From positions 7,357,599 to 7,421,598 of the forward strand of contig NC_068990.1 of NCBI RefSeq assembly GCF_001194135.2: 64,000 nt of DNA, read 5' to 3'. A program made the translations under genes and the position numbers. The DNA comes from Octopus bimaculoides. Lineage: Eukaryota. The notes beneath the pieces are model-generated. The model searched no databases and was not told where the DNA came from. It saw nothing but the letters and a program-made list of their open reading frames with translations. Position 1 is the first letter of the stretch. Each line of letters starts with the position of its first letter. Positions 24,250 through 36,731 of this stretch are shown here, piece after piece.

Positions 24250-24612
24250 TGTGGTCGGCTGAAAAGTTCATAGGCTGACCAAGATACACTTAAGGGATGT
24301 GACCAAATGAGGTTTATTTTCAACACAACTCTCTTGTGGTCAACACTTCTTCTACCGATGTTGCAGTGCTTAGATTCTATTGCTGAACAACCTTTTAACC
24401 TGTTGCTCAAAACAGTTGTCAACAGCAGATATGACGTCATTATCACTGCGATATTGGCTCGCAGCCAATTGGTTTTTCATGCTCGAGGACAAATGATAGT
24501 GAGGTGAGGCCAAATCAGGAGAATAGGGAAGCTGATCAACCAGTTCAAAGCCACAGTTACACACAACAGCCATTGAAACCAAGGGCTTATGTACTGGTGC
24601 ATTGTGTTTCAA
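24250..24612 (-). mobile_element. Mariner transposon relic (3-prime end and one TIR)
   Basis: The - strand frame HNAPVH...ELVDQLPYSPDLASPHYHL...YRSDNDVISAV carries the mariner YSPDL motif. TA plus TIR-like GGTCGGCTGAAAAGTT at the left end. Confidence 0.8.
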
Positions 24613-25719
24613 GGGCGCTACTAGTTACGCAATTTGAAGTCAGTTTATCTGGAGAGAAACAATCCAGTTATTAATAAGTGTCGGAATTAATGCATGCAGG
24701 ATTTCGGAGCTCTAGCATCACTCTTTTATAGTCAAACCATGATGTTTTTTAGCCCACTTTTGTATGTATGTATGTATGTATGTATGTTATCAATCAGTTT
24801 CATTTCTGTATTTCTTGTCAATAGAGAACGAGCCGGACTCTAACATAGATTCAATGCTCCTTCATTGGAACTTTTATCAACATCATCTAGGTATTTGTGC
24901 ATATGTGTGTGTGTGCAGTATTTGGTGTTAGTGTATGCGCAGATTTGTATGCTTGTTTTATGGATGAGTTTTTATGTATATATTTTCATATCTAGATGCA
25001 TGCATATGTATTTATGTGCTAAATTTTTGGAAATTTTTACATATCTTTACAGTTCCANNNNNNNNNNACAGTTCCATTGATGGCTTCAATTTGTATTTAT
25101 ATACGTATGTATGTATGTATGTATGTATGTATGTATGTATGTATGTACGTACGTTTGTATGTATGTATGTATATATGTATGTATGTACGTACGTTTGTAT
25201 GTATGTATGTATGTATGTATGTATGTATGTATGCATGCATGCATGCATGCTTCCGTTATAATCTTTGATTGATTCATTCAATCATTGTTAAAGATACATG
25301 AACAACACCCCCACCACTCTTTCAGCCAATTTTTTTATTTTTGTTTCTTATTTTATACTTTCTCCTTTACTTCCTGATATCCCTTCCTGTTTTCTTATTC
25401 TATCTGTGCGTCAATGATGCGTTGTGCATGGCATAAATAGCATGAATGCAGCAAAAATGGGGAGCTAATGATGGGGAAGGTTGGACATTAAGAAACTTAA
25501 TAAATTTAAAATACAATAAGAAATAATAGACTAAAAAAGAGAGAAGTATTGTGAGTGGACAGTTACTATGGCAATACTTGTTCATCATTATTTATTCAAG
25601 TCTTTCCAGTTAATAAGATACATAAAGTCTAGAAATTTAGACCGAACAGTAGTCGCTTGAGAGAGGGTGAGAAAGAGAGAGAGAGAGGGACAAGAAGAAA
25701 ATAGTGGGTGAAAGTAACA

Positions 25720-25765
<46 letters not shown>

Positions 25766-26566
25766 AAACATATCTATGTATACACACACACATATATACA
25801 TATCCATAGACATTCATATACACAAGAACGCATACACATACACATGTACACTCATATGTACAAGGAGAAAGTGAGTGTGAGTGGAGGAAAGAGAGTTCTT
25901 GATATTTGTTTTTGGCTGCGTTCTTGGGGAAAAAAAGAAACGATACGAAACCTCAGCGAGAATATTAACATTGCAAAAGAAATCTAAAGACAAACAAAAA
26001 CAGTCGTCTGTTAGAAGACGTACGTAGAGAACAATAACGTAGCAACTGATTTGAATTTCTATTGAAGCAAATCATGTAAGTTTTAAGATAATTAATAGTC
26101 ACCGAAACGCAGAGAAATAAGAGAACTTTAATAGCTGTGTTATAGAAAAGGCTGGCTACAGTAGCTTTAGGTTCATTGGAAGCAATGTGTATAATAGCAA
26201 TAACTTTAAGAAAGAATTGGCATCTTTTTTGAAACAGTAAACAAGATGTGTTTCGAATAGTGGTTTCAACGTGTATCAGTGACGACAGCGGTGACTAAAT
26301 GTCTTTGTTACGAAGTCGAAATAGAATAATAGGCTTCACTCAGTGATAGAGTAACAGCAACAATAATTAAGAGTTATTGGAGCACACATACACACACACA
26401 CACGCACACCAGGCCTGTCGCCAAAGTTTGGTGCCCTTGGGCGTTTGAGAACATTCTGGATGGGCACTAATTTGTCTCGCGGGAAGATTTTTGTAAACTG
26501 TATTTTCTAAATCTGTGGTTGCACCATTGAATACTGAGGGGTCAATGCTGTCCAGTAAGTCTTAGC

Positions 26567-26621
<55 letters not shown>

Positions 26622-27227
26622 TCATGCGCGCGTTTTTATTGTCTGGTGTTGTCTTTTTTACCCATATTTTCTGTATGGAGAATTACTTCATCTGAGAAAA
26701 CTTGTGAAGTTATTGTCTTTCCACGTCGTAATATGTACGAACATGTTAAGTATAAATGTACACGAATAAATTTCATTCTATGCTGCTTGGTGCACCTATA
26801 ATTAATTTATTACAGCTTGATAAAGCTTTACGCCTTCCAGCAAATGTACCATTTATTATTATGATATAAGAGCGAACAATACACTGGATCAGTATATGCA
26901 GCTAATGAAGCGTAATAACACAGAAACCCATGCGTCCTACGGTTCTCACCTTAGACACATGGTCAAATGCTGTATTTACACTTATTTCTTATATGGAGAA
27001 TTTTTTCTCCCGTGACAGCTTGTGCAGCGTATTGTCTTTACATGTCTGAATGCACACGAATGTGTTAGATATGACAATACATAACTATACTGCATTTATC
27101 GGTGCTTAGTTCGCCTCGTATTAATTTATTTCAGCTTGACTGATAGTTTTTCGCACAACAGCCAATGTACACATTGGCTCTATTCTAACGAAAACGTGGC
27201 ACGCTCTTAGAGTGGCACGCTCTTAGA

Positions 27228-28300
27228 TGCCATGAAAGAGGAAGCTGATTGCAAAGATAACTTTCACCTTGAAATATACCTTTTGGTATTGTATCCAGTC
27301 AGTGACATTATAAGGACCTCCTGCATTTAACTCCATATAGGAAGAAACCAAGTTTTCTATTGCTTTCATTATGATCAGTCGAACATTAATATGTCGAACG
27401 AGCTCAAGTATCAACGAGTGGGGAATAAATTCAAATACTTTCTTGTAATCCAGCCAGACTATGACCAAATTTTCCTCTCCGAATACCACTGCGCCTCTGC
27501 TATCACAGATCCCAAACTCACTTCTCGGTTGCTTGTATGGCGCTCATGATATATTAGTGATCTTGAAGAAATAAGATGTTTTTCGCCATGTGAACAATTT
27601 TGTATTTTCATATTAGATTTGTTTCTGATCACCAACCTGATTCGTACTTTAATATTTCTAATGAGACTTTTCTGCTAAATGTTGATGAGATACCCTCGAT
27701 AATCAAGTCTCTTTCTGGTGCTCTCCTGTCCTGAAGTTTTTCTCTCAAAATCTCGAGGTCTTCATCATTAATACTTTATACTTTTGGTGTAACACGAAGA
27801 CAAAATTGCTTTCATATTTCTTGTAGCTATACTGCATCATGTTTCAACAATATTGCCTATAGTCCAGATTTTCTCCAGACTGAATCGATTTATTCCCCGA
27901 GGAGCCTCCGTGACGTTCATTGAGTGCGCTTTCATTTATCTGTTGACTGTTAACTGATTTCTAGTTAATTATTTTTCTTTCAGCTAATTCTAACGCTGGC
28001 ATTTCTCATCCACAGTTTTTAACTCCTATTTGAGGGTGGTCAATTTATACTTAAGTGTTATTTCTCTTTTACTGACTCTCATTACTTTCCTTAGTTTTTG
28101 TTGGTGAGGAGTGGCGTTAATTAAATTGCTTGCATGCGATAAGCATCGTTCCATAACCGATAGTCTTCTATAGATTAATAAATCAACAATCTTTTTTTCT
28201 GCTTTCTAAATCCATGAACTACTTTTTATTGTTTTGCATTCGTCTACTTTAATTTCTCCATGGTATTGCTTTATTGGAAGTGTTTATAAACAAGCTTTAA
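27228..28300 (-). mobile_element. Degenerate R4/Dong-type RT relic
   Basis: The - strand frame ENLVIVWLDYKKVFEFIPHSLI resembles the RLE-clade RT motif NLSMAWIDYKKAFDSVPHSWI. The extent is approximate. Confidence 0.55.
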
Positions 28301-28797
28301 TACACCAAAATGATAGGGCATTAGTTCCAAGTTAACGTGAGTCTCTCATTATTACTAGTTAAAGGTGATATTTCGTGTAATGTGAAAATTGGAAGTCTTA
28401 GAATATTTCAATAGAAGTACATTTCAAATATTTATACTCGTCGCTGTCCCAGGAAGAAGTAACCTTATTAATACATAGAATTCCTACATGCATACATACA
28501 AAGCATGCATACGCACATACATACATACATACAGACAGACAGACAGACACACAGACAGGTAGGCAGACAGACAGTGTGATTGTTTCCTCATCACAGATGA
28601 TTGCTGTCTTATTTAGCGGTCAGTAAAACTGCTCACAAATGGACGCCTATGTAGGTTTTTTTTATACGACGTTTGATGTAGTTCTTATTTCTTCCAACAT
28701 GTTCTAACCATTTCCTCCAACACGTTGAATTTTCTTCTTCCCTTAATGATCAGCTGCATATATACCTATATGCACACACCAGTGTGCATATAAGCAT

Positions 28798-29130
28798 GTG
28801 GAAATTAGCTGTGCAGCGGATGTTAACATAAACCTGAAGATCAGTGAAAAAGAGAACACCGATGCTGAACTATTGAGAAATCTACGTTTACTCTATCCAG
28901 ATTACAAGTCCATTTTCATACCTGTAATTATCGAGGCCCCGGGGTATGTAATACACTGCCTAAATACCAATCTTGAGAAATTAGGCTTCTCAAAAAACAG
29001 AAAGGAGAAAGCTAATTCGAAGGCTACAGTTTCAAACCATCACTGGAACTGTAAAAATCTGTAAAACTTTTCATATCTAGATATGTAACTCTATGCCCGA
29101 GAATACATACATAAAACATACAAATCTGCA
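28798..29130 (+). mobile_element. RLE non-LTR retrotransposon, 3-prime fragment (family 2)
   Basis: EISCAADVNINLKISEKENT...LLYPDYKSIFIPVIIEAPGYV. Homologous to 45735-46240. Ends in acatacaaatctgcac followed by (CATA)n. Confidence 0.7.
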
Positions 29131-29493
29131 CATACATACACACATGCATACATACATAATGCATACATACATACATACATACATACATACATACATACAT
29201 ACATCCCTTGGATGACATCAATGGTGTGGAGCGGGGAGGTTGGTATACTTGGGCAACGGCTGGTTTTCCATAAACGACCTTGTCTGAAATTCTGCCTCGG
29301 AGGGTAACTTTCTAGGTGCAATCCCATGGTCATACATGACTGGAGGTTTTTAAACTTTTACTCTTTACGTACGTACGTATTTATGTACATACATACATAC
29401 ACACACATATGTAAATATATATTAATGTATGTATGTATATATATATATATATATATATATACATACATACATACATATCTTTCTCTTAGCCTG

Positions 29494-29552
<59 letters not shown>

Positions 29553-32087
29553 ATCTATCTATCTTTCTATTTGAAGAAAAGAAACAAAAATGTATTAGGT
29601 CCATAGCAGTACGTACGTTTCGTACAAGCTTCATTTATTTATGTAGTGAGAACACCACATAAGATGTGCAATGAAATTGTACTCCTCAGCTGCATAATGG
29701 AAGTTCACTGCAGAAAGCCATTTTATAAATGAGTGTAAATACATGAGTAGGAGATGAAGAGAATATCATCTTGACTGGGCTGTTAATCAACAATCTCGTG
29801 AACCAGACAGGAATTTTGGAGGTGGATTTTTTCTACTTCTAAATAGCTTCTTAAAATTGCTTCTTAACACATTATAATGTTGATTTTGCATTTATAACAC
29901 ATATGGTTTCTTCAGTGTATTGCTTCAAGGACGACTTATCTTTCAGCAGGATCAGCATCAATGATATAGCGCTATACAGATAGCATCGTTTATGGATAGT
30001 TCCACCAAATTACCTTATTCAAAAAATATATGCATATATCTACTCATAACTTCTTTTATAATTTTCATTTCACTGGTATTATCTTTATAGTCTTTTTAGA
30101 AAACAGACCGATTTCTTCGTTATAAACGTATTTTCATTTTTACTTTTAGGAACAAAACATTGAATTTATAAGGAAACAATTTATTCCCGAGCGAATTGGC
30201 GGTGTAAGAGGCGGTAGGTTTATACAGGAATCGAAACTGTTACTTGTGCCTCGCTTCAGGGGAAAGTTCTACCCTCCGACAATTATCCTTTTTGTGTCCA
30301 CAAACTTTTAAAAACAAATTGACCCAAAGATCAAACAACAGCGTAAGGTCTTTAATCATGTGTCGTAAGGAAGTAATAAAAAGTTTCAGCATTTCGGACA
30401 ATGGTCCTTTGTAAAAAAAAACAGTTGAATTTTGTTGGTAACGTTTACAGGAAAGCAGTGAACTCTACAAGATTCAGTACACTTATTCCTGTTATATAAA
30501 TGTGAAATCATATATTTTGTCTCAAGGATTATATGTCATCTGAAAGTATATTCAAGCAACTGCAGCTGGTATGGTCTTCTATCCCAAAGAAACAATTGCT
30601 GTAGACTACTGAAATGAAGTAATTTCGTGGGTTTTAACCCAACAAACGAAATAATATCAAATCAATTTACAACAATTTTCGTAGGTGAAAAAATTAACAC
30701 AGAGAAAGCAAGGTGAATGCTCAACAAATTTTATTGTATGAATGACTACAAACTAAGAAGAGAGAATAGTACAGGAAGCTGCTCTAAATAGGGCCTACTT
30801 AACCTTGTCATTAGTTTCTTTTTCAAATAACAATAACAATAACAGTGATAATAACAATAATAGTAATAATAATAATAACAATAATAATAATAATAATAAT
30901 AGTAATAATAATAATAACAATAATAATAATAATAATAGGAAGAAGTAAAGAAAAATTTTAAAAAAGGAAGAGAAATCGAGAAATCAATGTTATAAGTGGT
31001 GGTGGAGGAGAAAGGAAGGGTTAATGAATTTTTTCAAGATAACAACACATACACACACACAAACACAGACACAGACACAGACACAGACACAGACACAGAC
31101 ACAGACACACACACACACACACACAACCGCACACACACACACATACATAACAACAACACAAAAACAACAACAACAACAACAACTGTTGCATTTGTATTTG
31201 TGATATTCTTTGTATTTCAAGAAGAAACAGCAAAAATATAAGCGATTGGTGTCGTTCGTACCATTCATGCCTTTCTCAAGGGAACCAAGATTCAAAATCG
31301 CGTCTTGTACCGACCTGGCAGGAGCTTGCTTCTTGCTTTACAGTACACAAAAGCAAAAGACAAACGCAGGCACCAATCCACACGAATAAACACCAAAACG
31401 CCCGCGCACACACAGAGACAGACACATATACACAAACACACACATAAACACACTCAAACACATACACACACACACACACGTATATACACTCATTCTCTCA
31501 CAAATACATGCAGAGACACATATCCAGTATATATACTGTTGTAGCGTTAAGGTTACGAAAACGTACAAGTGTCACTATGGCTTCGTAAGAGAGAGACGTT
31601 ACGGAAGCGGTTCATTATAGACCCACGACTTAAGACACACAACCTGGACGCTGTATTTATACTCGACCAAACATTGGTGAGTAGGTGGTACTTCGAAAAC
31701 TCTTTCATACTCACTGAATTACTGTACTAGGAAATATATGATAGAATGTTCTGCTGATTGTACATGTTACAAAGAACAATGAGAGAAAGAAAACAAAATG
31801 GTGTGTTTAATACGATAAAGTGCCTTTGTACAATATTCTTATTTTATACGTACGATTTCAAATCAAATCACTTGACAAGTATATACATGAATACAATTAA
31901 ATAAAATTTAGTTGTTTATGTTAGTGGTATGCCCTTTTCGTTCAAAAGAGGATTCTGAAGGAGGGAGCAATGACGATATTAAAATATTAGACATAAACAG
32001 CACACGGGTATACTGGTCTTTCATTAAAAATCTTCCAGTTGTGTTATTCTTTCCCACATCACTCTTTGCTGCCGACAGTATCGAAAC

Positions 32088-32131
<44 letters not shown>

Positions 32132-32764
32132 CTGGCATAGTAACCCAGTGAACATGAAGAAACTTTAAAAGTACAACGTAATCACTGACGCGCACACATA
32201 TGGACGCACAATAAACGGTAATTTTTTTTTCTTTAGCTACAATAAATCTATTTGCAATTAGCATACTCCCAGCGATGGGTGTAGTATTTATCTAGAGGTA
32301 GATCAAGATAACGATGACGGTGGCGATAGAGAATTATTGCTGATGAGGATGACTACTACTGTCATCCCCATCCTCATCATCATCATCATCATCATTTTCT
32401 TCTGGAACATAGCAGTGCCAACAAGAACAACAATGAAATAGCAACAGCGGCGAAACGGATTGTTACAGAGAAATTCAAGTCATTGACAGAACGTTGATGA
32501 AATAAAATAGTAAGCACATCAGGGTTATCATCAACATCACCAACAAAAACACCAAGAGCAATGGTTCCAAGTTGCGGAACACATTTTTAGATGCGTGTTG
32601 TAGTCAAGTGACTTTAACCATAATTGCTAACGACTCTGAAACAATGAAAGGCAAATTCAAACATGACAGGATTAGAGTTCAGAAGATACAGGGATGAAAG
32701 TGAAAACTGAAAGGCTTTTTTATCCGTCGCTCTACCTAATCTGTCATTCCACAGCCGCAGAAAC

Positions 32765-32794
<30 letters not shown>

Positions 32795-32801
<7 letters not shown>

Positions 32802-33460
32802 TTTATTTCAAATTTTTTCCACAAGGGGCAGCTTGGGGGAGGGTATCAAGTCGATTGCATTGAACCCCACTGCGTAACTGCGACTTATTTAATCTAATTG
32901 ACTCCGAAAAGATGAAAGGCAAAGTCGATCTCGGCGGAATTTGAACTCAGAACTAGCGGCAGACGAAATGCCGCTAAGCATTTNNNNNNNNNNAACTAGC
33001 GGCAGACGAAATGCCGCCAAGCATTTTGCCCGGCGTGCCAGCTCGCTGCCTTAAATATAATAATGATGATAATAATATTAATAATAATAATAATAATCCT
33101 TTCTGCTCTTAGCACATGACCTAAAATTTGGGGATGGGGGAAAGGTGCTAGTTGATAACATCGACCTCCAATGATCAACCTGTACTTATTTTATCGGTCT
33201 CGGGGAGCCAAACGGCAAGGTCGACCTCAGACCGTAAAGCCGGAAGAAATGCCATTAATCATTTGGTCCGGTTTGCCATTAATCATTTGGTCCGATTCTG
33301 CAAGCCCCCCGCCTTCCTTTCTGCTATTGGTGCACAAGGTCTTTAACTTTGAGGGAGAAGCTCTAGTCAATTACATCGACTCCACTGCTTAACTGGTACT
33401 AATTTCATCGACCTCGAAAGGATGGAATGCAAAGTCAAGTTCGGCGGAATTTGAACTTAA
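32795..33460 (-). mobile_element. Cluster of three SINE family A fragments
   Basis: Repeated aagtcgatt/acatcgac/gaaaggatg/ggcggaatttgaactc motifs separated by (AAT)n. One 10-N gap. Confidence 0.75.
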
Positions 33461-33747
33461 TAATTATTATTTCTAAGTTAGAGACACGGTTAGAAATTGT
33501 GGGAAAGTTACGGGTGATTATTTCGCCCCACTAGTACTTGACAAATAAATACGTAATTTTAGAATCCCTCCCACAACCAACCCCCGCAAAAAAGAAAAAA
33601 CAGGATTGCTTTGCATAACTATCTTATATCCACTAGGATATTGTAATACATTTTATAAACGTGTGGGTGTAGAACCTATATCCATCATAAACAAATATGT
33701 ACATTCATATGTTTATATTAAACACAGATGTATGTATGGATCTATCA

Positions 33748-33819
<72 letters not shown>

Positions 33820-34085
33820 CTCTATCTATTTTTATTTGGAATCGTTCTATGTGCAAATATCATAGCTTCTAGCCGACCTGCAAAGTCTAGTGAATTAAAA
33901 ATTCAAGGAACAATCAGTAGTTGGTAATGAAGTACGAGGTAAAAGGTACTTTGCGACGCATGTCACAATATCGCACGTTTTGCAGCAGTTCGTCAGCAGG
34001 TGGAAAGACAACCCTTCGCCATTGCTATTTTCAGCTAGGTTGCTCCCTTTATTTGATTTACATTTTTCTTTTGATTACTCATGTA

Positions 34086-34445
34086 ACCATGCCTTCAAAA
34101 CTTAAGCCCAATGCAAGTGATGGTTATGCATCACAGAAAAGAAAGCAAGAGAACATGTTTAAAATGAAAGTAGAAAAAGAAGAGAAAAGCAATCGGTGAG
34201 CGGCGAAGTTTTTGTCCGTCAACAACCGGGATAATTTTAAAAGACAAAATGAGAATAATGGAGAGTCTAAATAAGCTGTGTAGCGACGAAAGCTACGATT
34301 ATCACTGGTTTCACAATTATCGCATTTTCTGAAATGGAATTGGTAATTTGGTTAGAGGATCAAAATCGTCGTAGTACGCTTATTAGCCTTGGTTTAGTGC
34401 AAGAAATATCTCCAAAATATTTTACTGACTTGAAAGCTACACATA
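34086..34445 (+). mobile_element. Tigger/pogo-like transposase relic (N-terminal HTH-psq/CENP-B region)
   Basis: MPSKLKPNASDGYASQKRK, then broken frames resembling EMEKLLxxWLEDQxxRRxxLSxxLIQEKA (atggaattggtaatttggttagaggatcaaaatcgtcgt...gtgcaagaaa). Confidence 0.55.
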
Positions 34446-34554
34446 CAATAAGGGAAGGTGTTGTGAAGAAAAAATTGTTACGAGTAGAGATTGACTCAAT
34501 GGTTTTATAGGGTGATGGTAAATTTTACAAATTATAATAAAAAAATTTAGTTAC

Positions 34555-34612
<58 letters not shown>

Positions 34613-35052
34613 CTTAAGATGTCTAGGTAAAAATATATACTATATACGGAGACGAATAGTTGACTACATGACGCTAAATACGNNNNNNNNNNNNNNNNNN
34701 NNNNNNNNNNNNNNNNNNNNNNNNNNNNNNNNNNNNNNNNNNNNNNNNNNNNNNNNNNNNNNNNNNNNNNNNNNNNNNNNNNNNNNNNNNNNNNNNNNNN
34801 NNNNNNNNNNNNNNNNNNNNNNNNNNNNNNNNNNNNNNNNNNNNNNNNNNNNNNNNNNNNNNNNNNNNNNNNNNNNNNNNNNNNNNNNNNNNNNNNNNNN
34901 NNNNNNNNNNNNNNNNNNNNNNNNNNNNNNNNNNNNNNNNNNNNNNNNNNNNNNNNNNNNNNNNNNNNNNNNNNNNNNNNNNNNNNNNNNNNNNNNNNNN
35001 NNNNNNNNNNNNNNNNNNNNNNNNNNNNNNNNNNNNNNNNNNNNNNNNNNNN

Positions 35053-35114
<62 letters not shown>

Positions 35115-35287
35115 TGTCGTGCACAGATTTATGTGTATATGTGTGCATGTGTGCATGTGTGCGTGCGTGTGTATGCACACGCATACACACAAGGGAACAA
35201 ACAAGTACCCAAAAAAAGGGTGGAACAATTATTACTGGAATACCAAAGGTGAAGAAATTACTATTTTATTGGAGCTGAAAACAACTT

Positions 35288-35365
35288 AAACTGTTACTCA
35301 TAAGACCCTTGTGATAATTCAGATAGGTCTGATGAGCGGTTACGTGAAACCCTGAGTAACAGTTT
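35288..35365 (+). ncRNA. Hammerhead core inside a 13-bp inverted repeat (non-canonical)
   Basis: CTGATGA-GCG-GTTA-CGT-GAAA-C at 35329-35350. AAACTGTTACTCA (35288-35300) is the exact reverse complement of TGAGTAACAGTTT (35353-35365). No clean NUH and stem I register. Confidence 0.35.
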
Positions 35366-35907
35366 GCGATGTTATCTCTGGTTTCAATAAAATAGTGTGA
35401 GTATGTATGTGTGTTTGTGTATCTATATCTACCTGCCTGTTTACGTACTTAGAATCAGACATGCATATACACATAATACATACATCCTAGTTACGTACAT
35501 ATATAAAACCCATGACTAGTTTAAGACCAACGTTACAGAATAACCACAGATAAAGTATTAGTAACAAATTCAGATAAACCCCAAGATATCTGTAATATCT
35601 ATTGACCGTAAAGACAGCCACTAGAAAACACAAATTACGCCAACGACAATAATCAGCAGCAAATATCCAGGAACTGTGTAGATTTATCGACTAACGATAA
35701 CTTCACATTCATGTAGTAATCATAGAGTAGATTCACTATGGATGTCCCCGATGACTTCTGTAAGCCCATATTAAAACGTCTATTCTTCTAACTGTAAACT
35801 AACGAAATGATAATCGAGTGAAGCCAATTAAGTGGATCTATGTTTTTAGAGTACCTGGGTTGCACCTAGATGGACTTAGAAACCCATTAGTTCTGTATGC
35901 GCTAGAG

Positions 35908-36156
35908 CAGTAGTTTTCAACTATTTTTCATCCATGGATCTCTTTGGTTCTTATATTACTCCGGTGGAATCCACCCCATTACTATTCAAAGTCCTATTAT
36001 ATTTTTATTATTAAATATTATTAGGAATTGTAGTCAAAACATTGTTAAAATATTTGGTGTATTGTAGAAGTATAAGTAATTTATTGTTCATGAATTTTAA
36101 CAAAATATCTTATATGGACCACCAAGAGCTATATGGACCCCGGTTGAGAACCACTG
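35908..36156. mobile_element. hAT (Charlie-type) MITE
   Basis: Termini CAGTAGTTTTCAAC...GTTGAGAACCACTG. Degenerate 8-bp target duplication cgctagag/tgctaaac fits the CTAGA preference of Charlie-type elements. Confidence 0.75.
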
Positions 36157-36677
36157 TGCTAAACAGACAAAGATGAATCTGTGACGAGGATTCATTCATT
36201 CTGGATGTCTTAGAAATAATCGTGTAAACAAAGGCAGCTTCTTGGTAAAAAACGTTGAAAATATTAGCAAAGACAATAACATGGGAATGACACTGCAGTC
36301 CCTTATAACAAATCAAAATAAATGTAACAACTATGTTCTTTTGTGTATAGAAGGAATATTGAGGTATTGTGATTCGGATGAAAGGATTTTCTGGCTGTTA
36401 AATATTGCAGTTGTTTTGGGAAGAACAAAGAAAATAATCACAAAGTCAATAACGGTAATTTTTAACAACAGTCATTGAACAATTGGAAGAAAGCAGCAAC
36501 AGTAACAGAATAACTAGAACAGCAGTAACAAATAGATATCTACAAGAGCAGGACAAGACACTTCTTCAAGAACCCTATAAATTTTCTAACGGAACTACAA
36601 AACTTTCATCAGCCATATTTATTACGATAGTAAAGTATCAGCTTCGAATGTACACACACACACACACACACACACAC

Positions 36678-36731
<54 letters not shown>

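Noticed and set aside
27196-27227. Perfect 16-bp tandem duplication gtggcacgctcttaga; similar 20-bp duplication at 33251-33294
   Set aside because: Only two copies each with no spacer series. Ordinary slippage or insertion scars, not CRISPR-like arrays.
32340-32370. CTGATGA followed by a 7-bp hairpin GGATGAC/GTCATCC
   Set aside because: No GAAA follows. It is explained by adjacent GAT and CAT microsatellites.
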